A stretch of DNA of 17,518 nt. Source: Chloroflexota bacterium (GTDB lineage: Bacteria > Chloroflexota > Dehalococcoidia > SM23-28-2 > RBG-16-64-32). The stretch covers positions 1-17,518 of the forward strand of contig JBDTOK010000033.1 of NCBI GenBank assembly GCA_039933275.1, written 5' to 3'. Under the pieces are notes generated by a model, which was not told the origin of the DNA, ran no database searches, and was given only the letters and a program-made list of their open reading frames with translations. Below, piece by piece: positions 1 to 7,337 of this stretch. A program made the position numbers and the translations under genes. The stretch's first letter is position 1. Each line of letters starts with the position of its first letter.

Positions 1-45
1 ACATCGCGCCCTCGAACGATGAGGACGGCGTCGCCTGGGCCGCGA

Positions 46-1227
46 TCAAGTTCCTGTTGTGAACCGCACCTCCGCCTCGCGCTCAACGATGCGGTAGACC
101 TCCGCGATCGGCGTGCCGGTCGCTTCGGCTAGCGCCCGGCAAGCCTCATACTCCGGCGCGTAGCGAGGCGCTTCACCCGGCAGGCGCTTCACTTTTACCG
201 CCACCGCCCCAAGCGATGACTCGAATTCCAGGACCTCACGCTCCGCTTCCCAGCGGTGGACCGGACGCACGCGCACGCCAAGAGTCGACGTCTCGCGCAG
301 CAGCAAGCGCACGAGCCGCTCTTCATCGGCTTCGTAGCAGAGCAGCGATAGCACGACTGCCGCGCGGCCTTTCTTCATCGTGATCGGCGCGAGCCAGGCG
401 TCTGCCGCGCCCTCCGCGATCAGCTTCTGTTGCACGTACGCCAGCATCTCCGGCGTCATGTCGTCAATATTCGTTTCGATCAGCAGCATTGGCCGCGCGA
501 CCTTGTCCAGCGCCGCATCGCCCAGCCACAGTCGCAGTACGTTCGGGCGATCGGCAGGGTCTCGCGTCCCAGCGCCGTAGCCAACCGCCTCCACTGACAT
601 CTCCGGGTGCTGGAACGTCGCCAACGTCGTCACGATTGCGGCACCGGTCGGCGTGACCAGCTCGCCGCGCACTTCAGTCGCGCGAACGGGTGCGTTTGCC
701 ATCGCCACTAGCTCCAGCGTTGCCGGCGCCGGCACAGGCAGAACGCCGTGAGGGCCACTCACCTCGCCCGCGCCCAAAGGCAGCGGTGAGCAGAAGATTC
801 GTTTCGCGCCGAGCAGACGCAGGCCCGCAACGCCGCCCATCACGTCGACAATCGCGTCGACAGCGCCAACGTCGTGCAGATGCACGGAGCCCGTCGTCTG
901 CCCGTGGACTTTCGCCTCCGCTTCGGCGAGACGGCGGAAGATCGCGGCGCCGTGCTCTTTATCAGCGTTTGGCAGATGAGAGTCGGCGACGATGCGAAGG
1001 ATGTCGTCCAGCGTGCGCGCCGGCTGCTCATCCAAAACATCGACCACGGCGTGCGTCGCGGCGATGCTCGCGCGCTTCACCTTCATCGCGTTGAGTGCCC
1101 AGCCGTCGAGCGCGAGGCCGGACAGTGCGCCTCGAAGGTCGTCCAATGGCAAGCCGGCGTCTAGCATCGCGCCGAGCAGCATGTCGCCGCTGACGCCGGA
1201 GAAGCAGTCGAGATAGGCGACGCGCAC
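46..1227 (-). CDS. larC: LarC, the nickel insertion protein of nickel-pincer nucleotide cofactor biosynthesis (DUF111/UPF0272 family). The real start is probably the GTG at 1227, not the ATG at 1374 in the ORF track.
   Basis: The translation contains the hallmark LarC N-terminus 'VRVAYLDCFSGVSGDMLLGAMLDAGL'. The 49 residues upstream of it in the ORF track are low-complexity (Ser/Thr/Ala/Arg) and unlike LarC. The GTG at 1227..1225 sits 1 nt after the larB stop codon (TAA at 1231..1229), which fits translational coupling. I see no clear SD. Confidence 0.8.
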   Translation of the reverse strand: MRVAYLDCFSGVSGDMLLGAMLDAGLPLDDLRGALSGLALDGWALNAMKVKRASIAATHAVVDVLDEQPARTLDDILRIVADSHLPNADKEHGAAIFRRLAEAEAKVHGQTTGSVHLHDVGAVDAIVDVMGGVAGLRLLGAKRIFCSPLPLGAGEVSGPHGVLPVPAPATLELVAMANAPVRATEVRGELVTPTGAAIVTTLATFQHPEMSVEAVGYGAGTRDPADRPNVLRLWLGDAALDKVARPMLLIETNIDDMTPEMLAYVQQKLIAEGAADAWLAPITMKKGRAAVVLSLLCYEADEERLVRLLLRETSTLGVRVRPVHRWEAEREVLEFESSLGAVAVKVKRLPGEAPRYAPEYEACRALAEATGTPIAEVYRIVEREAEVRFTTGT

Positions 1228-1228
1228 G

Positions 1229-1963
1229 TTAGTCCGGCGCAGCGCTCTGGCGGTTGATGACGGCAGCGAGATAGCCCGCGCCGAAGCCGTTGTCGATGTT
1301 GACGACGCTAACCCCCGCCGCGCATGAGTTGAGCATAGCGAGCAAGGGCGCCAGGCCACCAAAGCTCGCGCCATAACCGATCGATGTCGGCACGGCGATC
1401 ACTGGCGCCGACACCAGCCCGGAGACAACGCTGGGCAGCGCGCCTTCCATCCCGGCGACGACGACCAGCGCTTTCGCAGCACGTAGGCGTTCCGACTTGT
1501 CGAGTAGACGGTGGATGCCAGCCACACCAACGTCGTACATGCGGTCTGTCGCGCTGCCCATGATCTCGGCGGTAACAGCCGCCTCCTCGGCTACCGGGAC
1601 GTCCGACGTACCGGCGCAGCAGATGACGACGCCCGGCCGCTTCGCCTCACGCGTGCGCTCCAGAGTGATCGCGCGCGCCTCAGCGTGGAAGACGGCGTCC
1701 GGCAGGCGCTCCTTTACCGCACGATACGCTTCAACGTCCGTGCGGGTGACGAGCACGCGGTCGCCGTGCGCCGCCAGCTTCTCGGCGATCGCGGTGATTT
1801 GCTCCGGCGTCTTCCCCTGACCGAAGACAACCTCCGGGAAGCCGGTACGGAGCGCGCGGTGGTGGTCCACGTTTGCAAAGCCCATGTCCTCGTACGGCAG
1901 GTCGCGTAGGTGGCCCAGCGCCTCGTCAATCGTCGTCGAACCGCGCTGGACAGATTCCAGCAT
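1229..1963 (-). CDS. larB: LarB, pyridinium-3,5-biscarboxylic acid mononucleotide synthase (a PurE-like nickel-pincer cofactor biosynthesis carboxylase/hydrolase).
   Basis: The 244-aa translation carries the motifs '[19 protein letters not shown]', '[18 protein letters not shown]' and '[30 protein letters not shown]', all typical of LarB/PurE-class proteins. The ATG at 1963 is preceded by a weak GAAAGAG. Its stop abuts the larC start. Confidence 0.8.
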   Translation of the reverse strand: MLESVQRGSTTIDEALGHLRDLPYEDMGFANVDHHRALRTGFPEVVFGQGKTPEQITAIAEKLAAHGDRVLVTRTDVEAYRAVKERLPDAVFHAEARAITLERTREAKRPGVVICCAGTSDVPVAEEAAVTAEIMGSATDRMYDVGVAGIHRLLDKSERLRAAKALVVVAGMEGALPSVVSGLVSAPVIAVPTSIGYGASFGGLAPLLAMLNSCAAGVSVVNIDNGFGAGYLAAVINRQSAAPD

Positions 1964-2049
1964 CTCTTTCAGGCGTGCTTCGTCGATGGCGCTGCTCCTT
2001 CGTCTGAGCTCGTAGGTGGGCTCTCCAGCCCCGCGTCAGTTTACCAGCG

Positions 2050-2346
2050 TTATAGCGAGAAGTAGGCGATGCAGAACGCGCCCATTAGCAGTCGATACAC
2101 CATGAACGGGGTGAAGCTCCGCGTCTGCACTAGCCGCATCAGCCCGATTATGGCAAATATCCCAACGATCGCCGACACCACCGTCCCCACGACGATGGTT
2201 GCGAGGTCGTTACTGAACGTGCCGTCTGAAAGCGCGTCTTTGAACTTGAGCAGCGCTGCCCCACCGATCGCCGGCGTCGACAGCAGGAACGAGTACCGGG
2301 CGCATCCTGGCGCTTGAAGCTGCGGAAGAGGCCGGGGGAATTCTTT
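2050..2346 (-). pseudogene. uppP: C-terminal remnant of undecaprenyl-diphosphatase (UppP/BacA). About 82 C-terminal residues are conserved; there is no start codon and the N-terminal roughly two-thirds of the gene is absent.
   Basis: The minus-strand frame ending at TAA (2052..2050) reads '...GCARYSFLLSTPAIGGAALLKFKDALSDGTFSNDLATIVVGTVVSAIVGIFAIIGLMRLVQTRSFTPFMVYRLLMGAFCIAYFSL*'. This aligns with the UppP C-terminus (E. coli '...[28 protein letters not shown]...[36 protein letters not shown]'). Similarity stops around nt 2300. There is an in-frame TGA at 2349..2347 and no Met until residue ~68. It is missing from the ORF track because it has no start. Confidence 0.6.
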
Positions 2347-2430
2347 TCATCCGTATCTAATCTGCGTTCCATCTCCGCGCTTTCCCTGCTGTCTTGTCTG
2401 CGAGGGGCGTTTCGTGCATCATCTGCCTCG

Positions 2431-2760
2431 ATGGCCGTGAAGACTGAGAAGATCCAGGACGACGCGCTCCGCAACTCCCTCAGCGAGGCGCAGGCAGCGC
2501 TGAAGTCAGGCGATTACCGGAAGGTCGTCGATCTCTCCGCCACCGCGTACATGGAGCTCCTCCGCCGCAAGCCAGCGCTTCTCCGGATGCCGATGCAGCT
2601 CCAGACCGTTATGTTCTTCCCACGGCTCGGCGCGCACCTGCAACTGAACAGTACGACGGCCGAGCCAGAGCTCATCTACGACCGCGAGAAGTTCAGCTTC
2701 TCAGAAGCGGTGACGTACTGGGAGTTCGTCGTCGACGCGCTCGTCAAGCACCAGCTCTAG
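2431..2760 (+). CDS. Hypothetical soluble protein (109 aa) of unknown function, lying upstream of the flotillin gene.
   Basis: There is strong GC3 codon bias from the ATG at 2431, with GAGGGG about 22 nt upstream. I see no TM segment and recognise no family. The ORF-track start at 2314 is a TTG that runs across the uppP remnant junction, which is unlikely. Confidence 0.55.
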   Translation: MAVKTEKIQDDALRNSLSEAQAALKSGDYRKVVDLSATAYMELLRRKPALLRMPMQLQTVMFFPRLGAHLQLNSTTAEPELIYDREKFSFSEAVTYWEFVVDALVKHQL

Positions 2761-2850
2761 GCAACCCTACGCCGCACCCCCACACCCTCGCGCGCTCGAC
2801 GCCTTATCGTAACGAGCGATTCAGCGCGTTCGTCTTACTTAGCGACTCTG

Positions 2851-2878
2851 TTGAAGGGATTTTAATGTGAGCTACTAT
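2851..2878 (+). promoter_or_regulatory. Candidate sigma70-like promoter for the flotillin gene: -35 TTGAAG (2851-2856), a 16-nt spacer, -10 TACTAT (2873-2878).
   Basis: It sits in a locally AT-richer intergenic stretch (2800-2930) about 60 nt upstream of the ATG at 2942. This is hexamer spacing by eye only. Confidence 0.3.
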
Positions 2879-2941
2879 GTCCAGTAGAAGTGTCGTGAGA
2901 AGCGTGAACACTCACCGCCACCCGCTCGAAAGGATCCTGCC

Positions 2942-4981
2942 ATGATCATCGTCGCTGGCATCGTTGCTGCCGTCATTCTTGTAGTCCTGCTGTTCTTCCT
3001 GATCTTCGCCGGGATCCTGGTGAACATCGGTGGTCAGCAGATCGGAGTGATCGAGCGCCGTTACTTCGGCAAGCCGCTTCCCGAAGGCCGCGTCGTCGCC
3101 TCGGCAGGAGAAGTCGGCATCCAGGCGAAAGTCCTGAACCCGGGCCTCCACTTCCTCGCGCCGTTCCTCTACCACGTGATCAAGGACGACATGCTTATTG
3201 TCGAGGAGGACGAGGTCGGTCTAATCGAGGCGATCGACGGCCTCCCGCTCGAGGCCGGACGCATCTTCGCCCGCCGCATCGAGGGTCACGACAGCTTCCA
3301 GGACGGCGAGTGCTTCCTCAAGAACGGCGGCCAGAAAGGCCCGCAGATCGACATCCTGCCGCCGGGCAAGTACCGCATCAACACGTACCTCTTTCGTTTC
3401 CGCACCGATAAAGTGATCACCGTGGCGCAGGGCCAGGTTGGCGTCGTCACCGCGCGGGACGGCGATCCGATTACCTCCGGCCGGCTGCTTGCCCACAAAG
3501 TGCTGGGCCACATGGCGTTCCAGGACGGCGAAGCGTTTATCCGCAACGGCGGCCAGCTTGGCCCCCAGATCGAGATCATCCTGCCGGGCCGCTTCCGCGT
3601 GAACACTGACCTCTTCAACGTCGAGGTGCAGAGCGCGACCATTGTGCAGGCCAAGCAGGTGGGCCAGGTTACGGCCAAGGACGGCGCTCCCCTGCCGCAG
3701 GACGAAGTCGTCGCGCATAGCGTCCCGGGCCACAACGACTTCCAGGACGGCTCCGCGTTTTTGGCTAGCGGCGGCCAGCGCGGCCCGCAGTTCGATCTGC
3801 TGAAGCCGGGCACGTATTACATCAACTCGATGATGTTCGACGTAAAGCTCGACGAAGTTGCCACCGTCCAGCGCGGCGAGGTGGCAGTGCTGGTCTCCAA
3901 CGTCGGCGCTGAGCCCGCCGACATCACGCAGGAGGAGCGGCTCGCCGGCAAGGAGCGCTACGTCGTGCCATCTGGCTTCCGCGGCATCCAGGCGGAAGTC
4001 GCCGGCCCTGGCGTCTACTACCTCAACCGCTGGGCCTACATCGCCTATATCATCCCGACTACAAACCTGACGATTGACTGGGCCGAAGAAGACCGCGGCG
4101 ACAAGAACGATCCGCTCGCTCAGCCCGGCTCCATCCAGCGCGCGCAACTGTTCAACCCGCTCGCCGTCATCAGCCGCGACGGATTCGAGATGCGGGTCAG
4201 CGTAAAGGTTGTCATTCGCGTGCGGCCGGACCAGGCGCCGCTGATGGTCGCGAAGATCGGCTCTATCGAGAACCTCATCGACCACGTCATCCACCCGATG
4301 ATCGACTCATCGTTCCGCAACCAGGCTTCCTCCACGCAGGCGATGAACTTCATGCAGGACCGCGCCGTGGAGCAGACGAAAGCTGAAGAGCGCACCCGCG
4401 ACGAGCTCACGAAGTACCACGTCGAGTGCGTGTCCGTGCTGATCTCGCAGATCATCCTTCCCGCCGAGCTGATGGACATCCAGACCCGCCGTGTCATCGC
4501 CTCGCAGCAGCAGGAGATGTTCGTCGAGCAGCAGCGGGCAGAGGAGAAGCGCATCGATACCGAGAACACGCGCGCCAAGGCCAACCAGCAGATCGATCTC
4601 GTCACCGCCCAGATTGGCGTGCAGGTGGCAGAGCAAACAAAGCTGCGCACAATCATGGAGGCTGAGGGCCGCGCCCGCGCCATTGAGCTCGAGGGCGACG
4701 CTGAGGGCAAGAAGATCCTCGCGGTCGGTACGGCAACAGCCGAAGCCTATGAGAAGCAGGTGGCAGCCGTCGGGCAGATGAACCTGGCCGGCATCGAGGT
4801 CACCAAGTCCATCGCAGGTGCCGGCCTCAAGATCACGCCGGACATCATGGTTGGCGGCGGCGAAAATGGCGGAGGAGGGAACATCTTCGCCGCGTTCATC
4901 GCCCAGCTCCTGCAGGGCAACCGGACCCTATCCAACGGCAATAACCCTGGCGAGACGAACGGCCAGAACAAGAAGCCCTAG
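2942..4981 (+). CDS. Flotillin-family SPFH/band-7 protein of the YqiK/FloT type, with an N-terminal transmembrane helix and three tandem internal repeats.
   Basis: It has an N-terminal hydrophobic helix 'IIVAGIVAAVILVVLLFFLIFAGILV'. It has three tandem ~74-aa repeats ('HDSFQDGECFLKNGGQKGPQIDILPPGKYRINT', 'HMAFQDGEAFIRNGGQLGPQIEIILPGRFRVNT', 'HNDFQDGSAFLASGGQRGPQFDLLKPGTYYINS') that match the '..FQDGE.FL..GG.RG.Q..LR.GTY.IN' motif I recall from YqiK-type flotillins. The C-terminal half is a coiled-coil rich in Glu/Ala/Gln ('EQQRAEEKRIDTENTRAKANQQ...ELEGDAEGKK'), typical of flotillins, followed by a Gly-rich tail. AAAGGA sits 7 nt upstream of the ATG. Confidence 0.8.
   Translation: MIIVAGIVAAVILVVLLFFLIFAGILVNIGGQQIGVIERRYFGKPLPEGRVVASAGEVGIQAKVLNPGLHFLAPFLYHVIKDDMLIVEEDEVGLIEAIDGLPLEAGRIFARRIEGHDSFQDGECFLKNGGQKGPQIDILPPGKYRINTYLFRFRTDKVITVAQGQVGVVTARDGDPITSGRLLAHKVLGHMAFQDGEAFIRNGGQLGPQIEIILPGRFRVNTDLFNVEVQSATIVQAKQVGQVTAKDGAPLPQDEVVAHSVPGHNDFQDGSAFLASGGQRGPQFDLLKPGTYYINSMMFDVKLDEVATVQRGEVAVLVSNVGAEPADITQEERLAGKERYVVPSGFRGIQAEVAGPGVYYLNRWAYIAYIIPTTNLTIDWAEEDRGDKNDPLAQPGSIQRAQLFNPLAVISRDGFEMRVSVKVVIRVRPDQAPLMVAKIGSIENLIDHVIHPMIDSSFRNQASSTQAMNFMQDRAVEQTKAEERTRDELTKYHVECVSVLISQIILPAELMDIQTRRVIASQQQEMFVEQQRAEEKRIDTENTRAKANQQIDLVTAQIGVQVAEQTKLRTIMEAEGRARAIELEGDAEGKKILAVGTATAEAYEKQVAAVGQMNLAGIEVTKSIAGAGLKITPDIMVGGGENGGGGNIFAAFIAQLLQGNRTLSNGNNPGETNGQNKKP
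3287..3952 (+). repeat. Three tandem in-frame repeats with a 222-nt (74-aa) period inside the flotillin CDS.
   Basis: Repeat starts fall at His116, His190 and His264 (nt 3287, 3509, 3731). Amino-acid identity between copies is about 50%. The nucleotide copies are diverged, so this is ancient rather than a recent duplication. Confidence 0.7.
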
Positions 4982-5000
4982 CTATTCGCAACCAGTGACA

Positions 5001-5038
5001 AAAGGGGCGCAGCAGTGCTGCGCCCCTTTTCTGTTCTT
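5001..5038 (+). terminator. Rho-independent terminator: a perfect 10-bp GC-rich stem (GGGGCGCAGC / GCTGCGCCCC), a 3-nt loop, then a TTTTCTGTTCTT tract.
   Basis: Stem 5004-5013 and 5017-5026, loop 5014-5016 'agt', T-run 5027-5030. It lies 20 nt after the flotillin stop. An AAAA tract on the 5' side could allow bidirectional function. Confidence 0.7.
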
Positions 5039-5091
5039 GACCTTCAGCCTTCCGCCTGCCTACGCTTGCGCCAAACTTCGCGGGAGGCTTC

Positions 5092-6234
5092 GTGAAACGC
5101 GTTCTGGCCGGCGTCACCCTTGCTCTGCTCTTCGCAGCGCTCTTTGCCACGCCCGCGCCTCCCAGGGTCAGCGCTGAGGTCAGCGGCCCCTGCACCGTCA
5201 CCGTCAACGGCCGCGACATCGGCCCGCTCAGCGCCTCGAGCAAAGACGACGCCGTCAAAGTCGAGAAGGGCGACACCCTGACCGTCGTGATGACCTCGTC
5301 CGACGCCACCGGCTTCGACTCCCACAAGATCGAGCTTGAGCTATCCGGCCTGCGTATCCCCCTTCAGGACGAAAAGGACGGCGGCGACACTCAGTGGACA
5401 GGCAGCGCCGACGTCAACGATTACGCGAAATACGGCGTCGGGCTGTACAAGGTCGTCGGCGAAGGCAAGCTCATCGACGGTACGTCCTGCACGGGCGCCG
5501 TCCTCATCGAGGTGCAGGGAACGGCTCTCACCAGCGTCGCTGGCATCACGGCAGCAGCCGCGTTCCTGCTTGGCCTGGCGCTGTTGCTGGGTAGCTCCAT
5601 CGGAGGCCTTCGCCGATACGACGCGATGGGCAAGAGCGTCGAAGAATGGGCCGGCACCATGGTCAAGCGCATCAACGCCGGCGAAACGCTCGGCCCGGGC
5701 GAGCTCATCGTTGGTCTGCGCGACATCGCTAAGCCGCGGCCGCCAATCACACTCTGGATGCTGACGATGTTGCCGTTGTTCGTCTTCATCGGCGCGATCC
5801 CGGCCGGCGCTGCACCGTCGGCGAGCGGCGGAGGAAGAAGCATCGGCCCGCTCAACCTGCCACGCATCCCCTTCCGGCCGGGTGTCTCCGTAATAGGCTC
5901 CGTCGGCGGCATGATCGCTACCGAGGCGGTAGTCGTGCTGTTTCAGCAGTTCGCGATCAGCCCACTGACGCAGTCGAACACGCTGCTCGGGCTCGCCGCC
6001 GGGCTGGCGCTGGCCGTCGTCTTCACGACAGTGGTCAAGCTCTGGGGCACGCGTCACGCCAACGATGCCATCGCCGCCGCCGAAGTCCGCTTCAACGAAG
6101 CGCTGGCCCAAGTGCGCCGCGAGGCCGGCCTGCCGCCTGTCGCGCCCACCACCGAGATGACGTCGGCGACGGAGCCACCGGTCATGCCGCCGCCCTCACC
6201 GCCTACGGACACCGGCGGCGTCGGCGAGCCTTAG
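5092..6234 (+). CDS. Secreted, membrane-anchored hypothetical protein: a signal peptide, a ~120-aa extracytoplasmic domain containing two Cys, four predicted TM helices, and a Pro-rich C-terminal tail.
   Basis: A GTG start at 5092 has GGGAGG 5 nt upstream. The signal peptide is 'MKRVLAGVTLALLFAALFATPAPPRVSAEV'. Hydrophobic stretches are 'VAGITAAAAFLLGLALLLG', 'MLTMLPLFVFIGAIPAGAA', 'VIGSVGGMIATEAVVVLF' and 'LLGLAAGLALAVVFTTVV'. GC3 bias is strong. The antisense 256-aa ORF (5341..6111) is Arg/Asp-rich junk. Confidence 0.7.
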   Translation: MKRVLAGVTLALLFAALFATPAPPRVSAEVSGPCTVTVNGRDIGPLSASSKDDAVKVEKGDTLTVVMTSSDATGFDSHKIELELSGLRIPLQDEKDGGDTQWTGSADVNDYAKYGVGLYKVVGEGKLIDGTSCTGAVLIEVQGTALTSVAGITAAAAFLLGLALLLGSSIGGLRRYDAMGKSVEEWAGTMVKRINAGETLGPGELIVGLRDIAKPRPPITLWMLTMLPLFVFIGAIPAGAAPSASGGGRSIGPLNLPRIPFRPGVSVIGSVGGMIATEAVVVLFQQFAISPLTQSNTLLGLAAGLALAVVFTTVVKLWGTRHANDAIAAAEVRFNEALAQVRREAGLPPVAPTTEMTSATEPPVMPPPSPPTDTGGVGEP

Positions 6235-6291
6235 CCCACCACCCACCGGTCCACGTAGCCTGGCTTTCCAGCCCCGGCTCACCAACCTCGG

Positions 6292-6603
6292 CTAACCGCC
6301 TACAACGATCTCGCTAATCTGCAGAATCGGCGTCTGGTCCGTGTAATTCGGCACGTCGGCCGCAATCGCTCCGAAGTGCGGCCCGAACGCTCCCATGAAC
6401 TCCGGCAGCGAGTTGAAGTACAGGTGCCCAACGCCAACGTACGGCGCCGGCTGGCCGGGAACTGCGCCCGCGACGCCCTTGTCGATCTCGTACTTGACCA
6501 GCGCCGCACCGCACTTTTCGGCGATCATCGGCATGTGCTTACTGGCGTAGTAGTCGGCGTCAAACTTGCCGCCCTGTGGGTAGTTAATCGTCACGCGGAT
6601 CAT
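6292..6603 (-). CDS. EthD-family / TIGR02118-like small protein (103 aa), a dimeric alpha+beta-barrel of unknown substrate.
   Basis: 'MIRVTINYPQGGKFDADYYASKHMPMIAEKCGAAL...' matches the conserved N-terminal pattern of EthD/TIGR02118 proteins (MIKVxxLYP...FDxDYYxxxHxPLV). A strong GAAGGAGA RBS sits 7 nt upstream of the ATG at 6603. Confidence 0.65.
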   Translation of the reverse strand: MIRVTINYPQGGKFDADYYASKHMPMIAEKCGAALVKYEIDKGVAGAVPGQPAPYVGVGHLYFNSLPEFMGAFGPHFGAIAADVPNYTDQTPILQISEIVVGG

Positions 6604-6620
6604 CGGTCAGTCTCCTTCTG

Positions 6621-7337
6621 TTACTTCGCTCGCTTTTCGATGTACTTGCGGAATTCTACATTAGCTTTGCCCTTGAGCACCGACCCGTGGCCAAAGCAGG
6701 CAGTATCGAAGTCCAGCGCCGCCAGCTTGGCCATGCTCTCCTTGGCGACGTCCATGTCTTCAGTGAAGATCAGCGCTGGCCGGCCGATTCGACCGAACAG
6801 GTGGCCCGCAGCGTCCCCGGCGAACAGCACGCCGCCATGCGCCTCGATCAGGAACGAAACGTGGCCCAGCGTGTGGCCCGGCGTCTCGATCACCTTGACG
6901 CCGCCGGCGACGGGTATCGTCACGCCTTCGGTGGCTTCATTCGTTGGCTTGGCGGGCGGCGGGTTGTTCTGAGGCAACCGCTCGATTAAGGGGCCGAACA
7001 TGCGCCCTGCCCTGCTGCCGGCGTTCGGGTGCGGGCGCTTCTTCTCGCCCGCAACGATTGGCGCATCGATCGGGTGCACCCACGCCGCCGCCCCGCTCTC
7101 CGCCATGATCGCCGCCAGTGAGCCAACGTGGTCAGCGTGGTGGTGCGTCAGGAGCACGTTGCGGACCTCGTCCGGCTTCCGCGCCAGTTGCCGGATCGCC
7201 CGCCCGATCTTGCGGTCCTGCCCCTTCAGCCCGGAGTCGATCAGCGTCAGGCCATCCTCCTCAGCGAGAAGGAAGGCGTTTACGTAGCCCAGCGGCAGCG
7301 CATAGATAAACGGAAAGATCTCCTCGACCACCGCCAT
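6621..7337 (-). CDS. MBL-fold metallo-hydrolase.
   Basis: It has the 'LLTHHHADHVGS' (HxHxDH) motif and downstream 'TPGHTLGHVSF' and 'CFGHG' motifs. The ATG at 7337..7335 overlaps the upstream gene's TAA (TAATG), indicating translational coupling. GGGGAG sits 7 nt upstream. Confidence 0.85.
   Translation of the reverse strand: MAVVEEIFPFIYALPLGYVNAFLLAEEDGLTLIDSGLKGQDRKIGRAIRQLARKPDEVRNVLLTHHHADHVGSLAAIMAESGAAAWVHPIDAPIVAGEKKRPHPNAGSRAGRMFGPLIERLPQNNPPPAKPTNEATEGVTIPVAGGVKVIETPGHTLGHVSFLIEAHGGVLFAGDAAGHLFGRIGRPALIFTEDMDVAKESMAKLAALDFDTACFGHGSVLKGKANVEFRKYIEKRAK

Noticed and set aside
1-62. A plus-strand partial ORF ending in TGA at 60-62 (…IAPSNDEDGVAWAAIKFLL*), convergent with larC.
   Set aside because: Only 19 codons are visible. 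That is too short to assign or even to confirm as coding. It may be the C-terminus of a neighbouring gene.
1228-1374. A 49-aa N-terminal extension of larC in the ORF track, starting at the ATG at 1374.
   Set aside because: It overlaps the 3' end of larB and is low-complexity Ser/Thr/Ala/Arg-rich. The conserved LarC N-terminus (VRVAYLDCFSG…) begins at the GTG at 1227, right after the larB stop.
2069-2474. ORFs 2069..2317 (+) and 2148..2474 (-) in the track.
   Set aside because: Both lie over or next to the uppP C-terminal remnant in the wrong frame or strand and have no protein-like composition. The UppP-homologous frame explains the region better.
3221-4710. Long antisense ORFs inside the flotillin gene (3221..4294, 357 aa; 3286..3813; 4120..4710).
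   Set aside because: Their composition is typical of high-GC antisense artefacts: Arg/Asp/Ala/Leu-rich with no motifs. The plus-strand flotillin has a TM helix, SPFH and coiled-coil motifs and an RBS.
5341-6111. A 256-aa minus-strand ORF antisense to the membrane protein gene.
   Set aside because: It is Arg/Asp/Gln-rich low-complexity antisense sequence. The plus-strand frame has a signal peptide, TM helices and an RBS.
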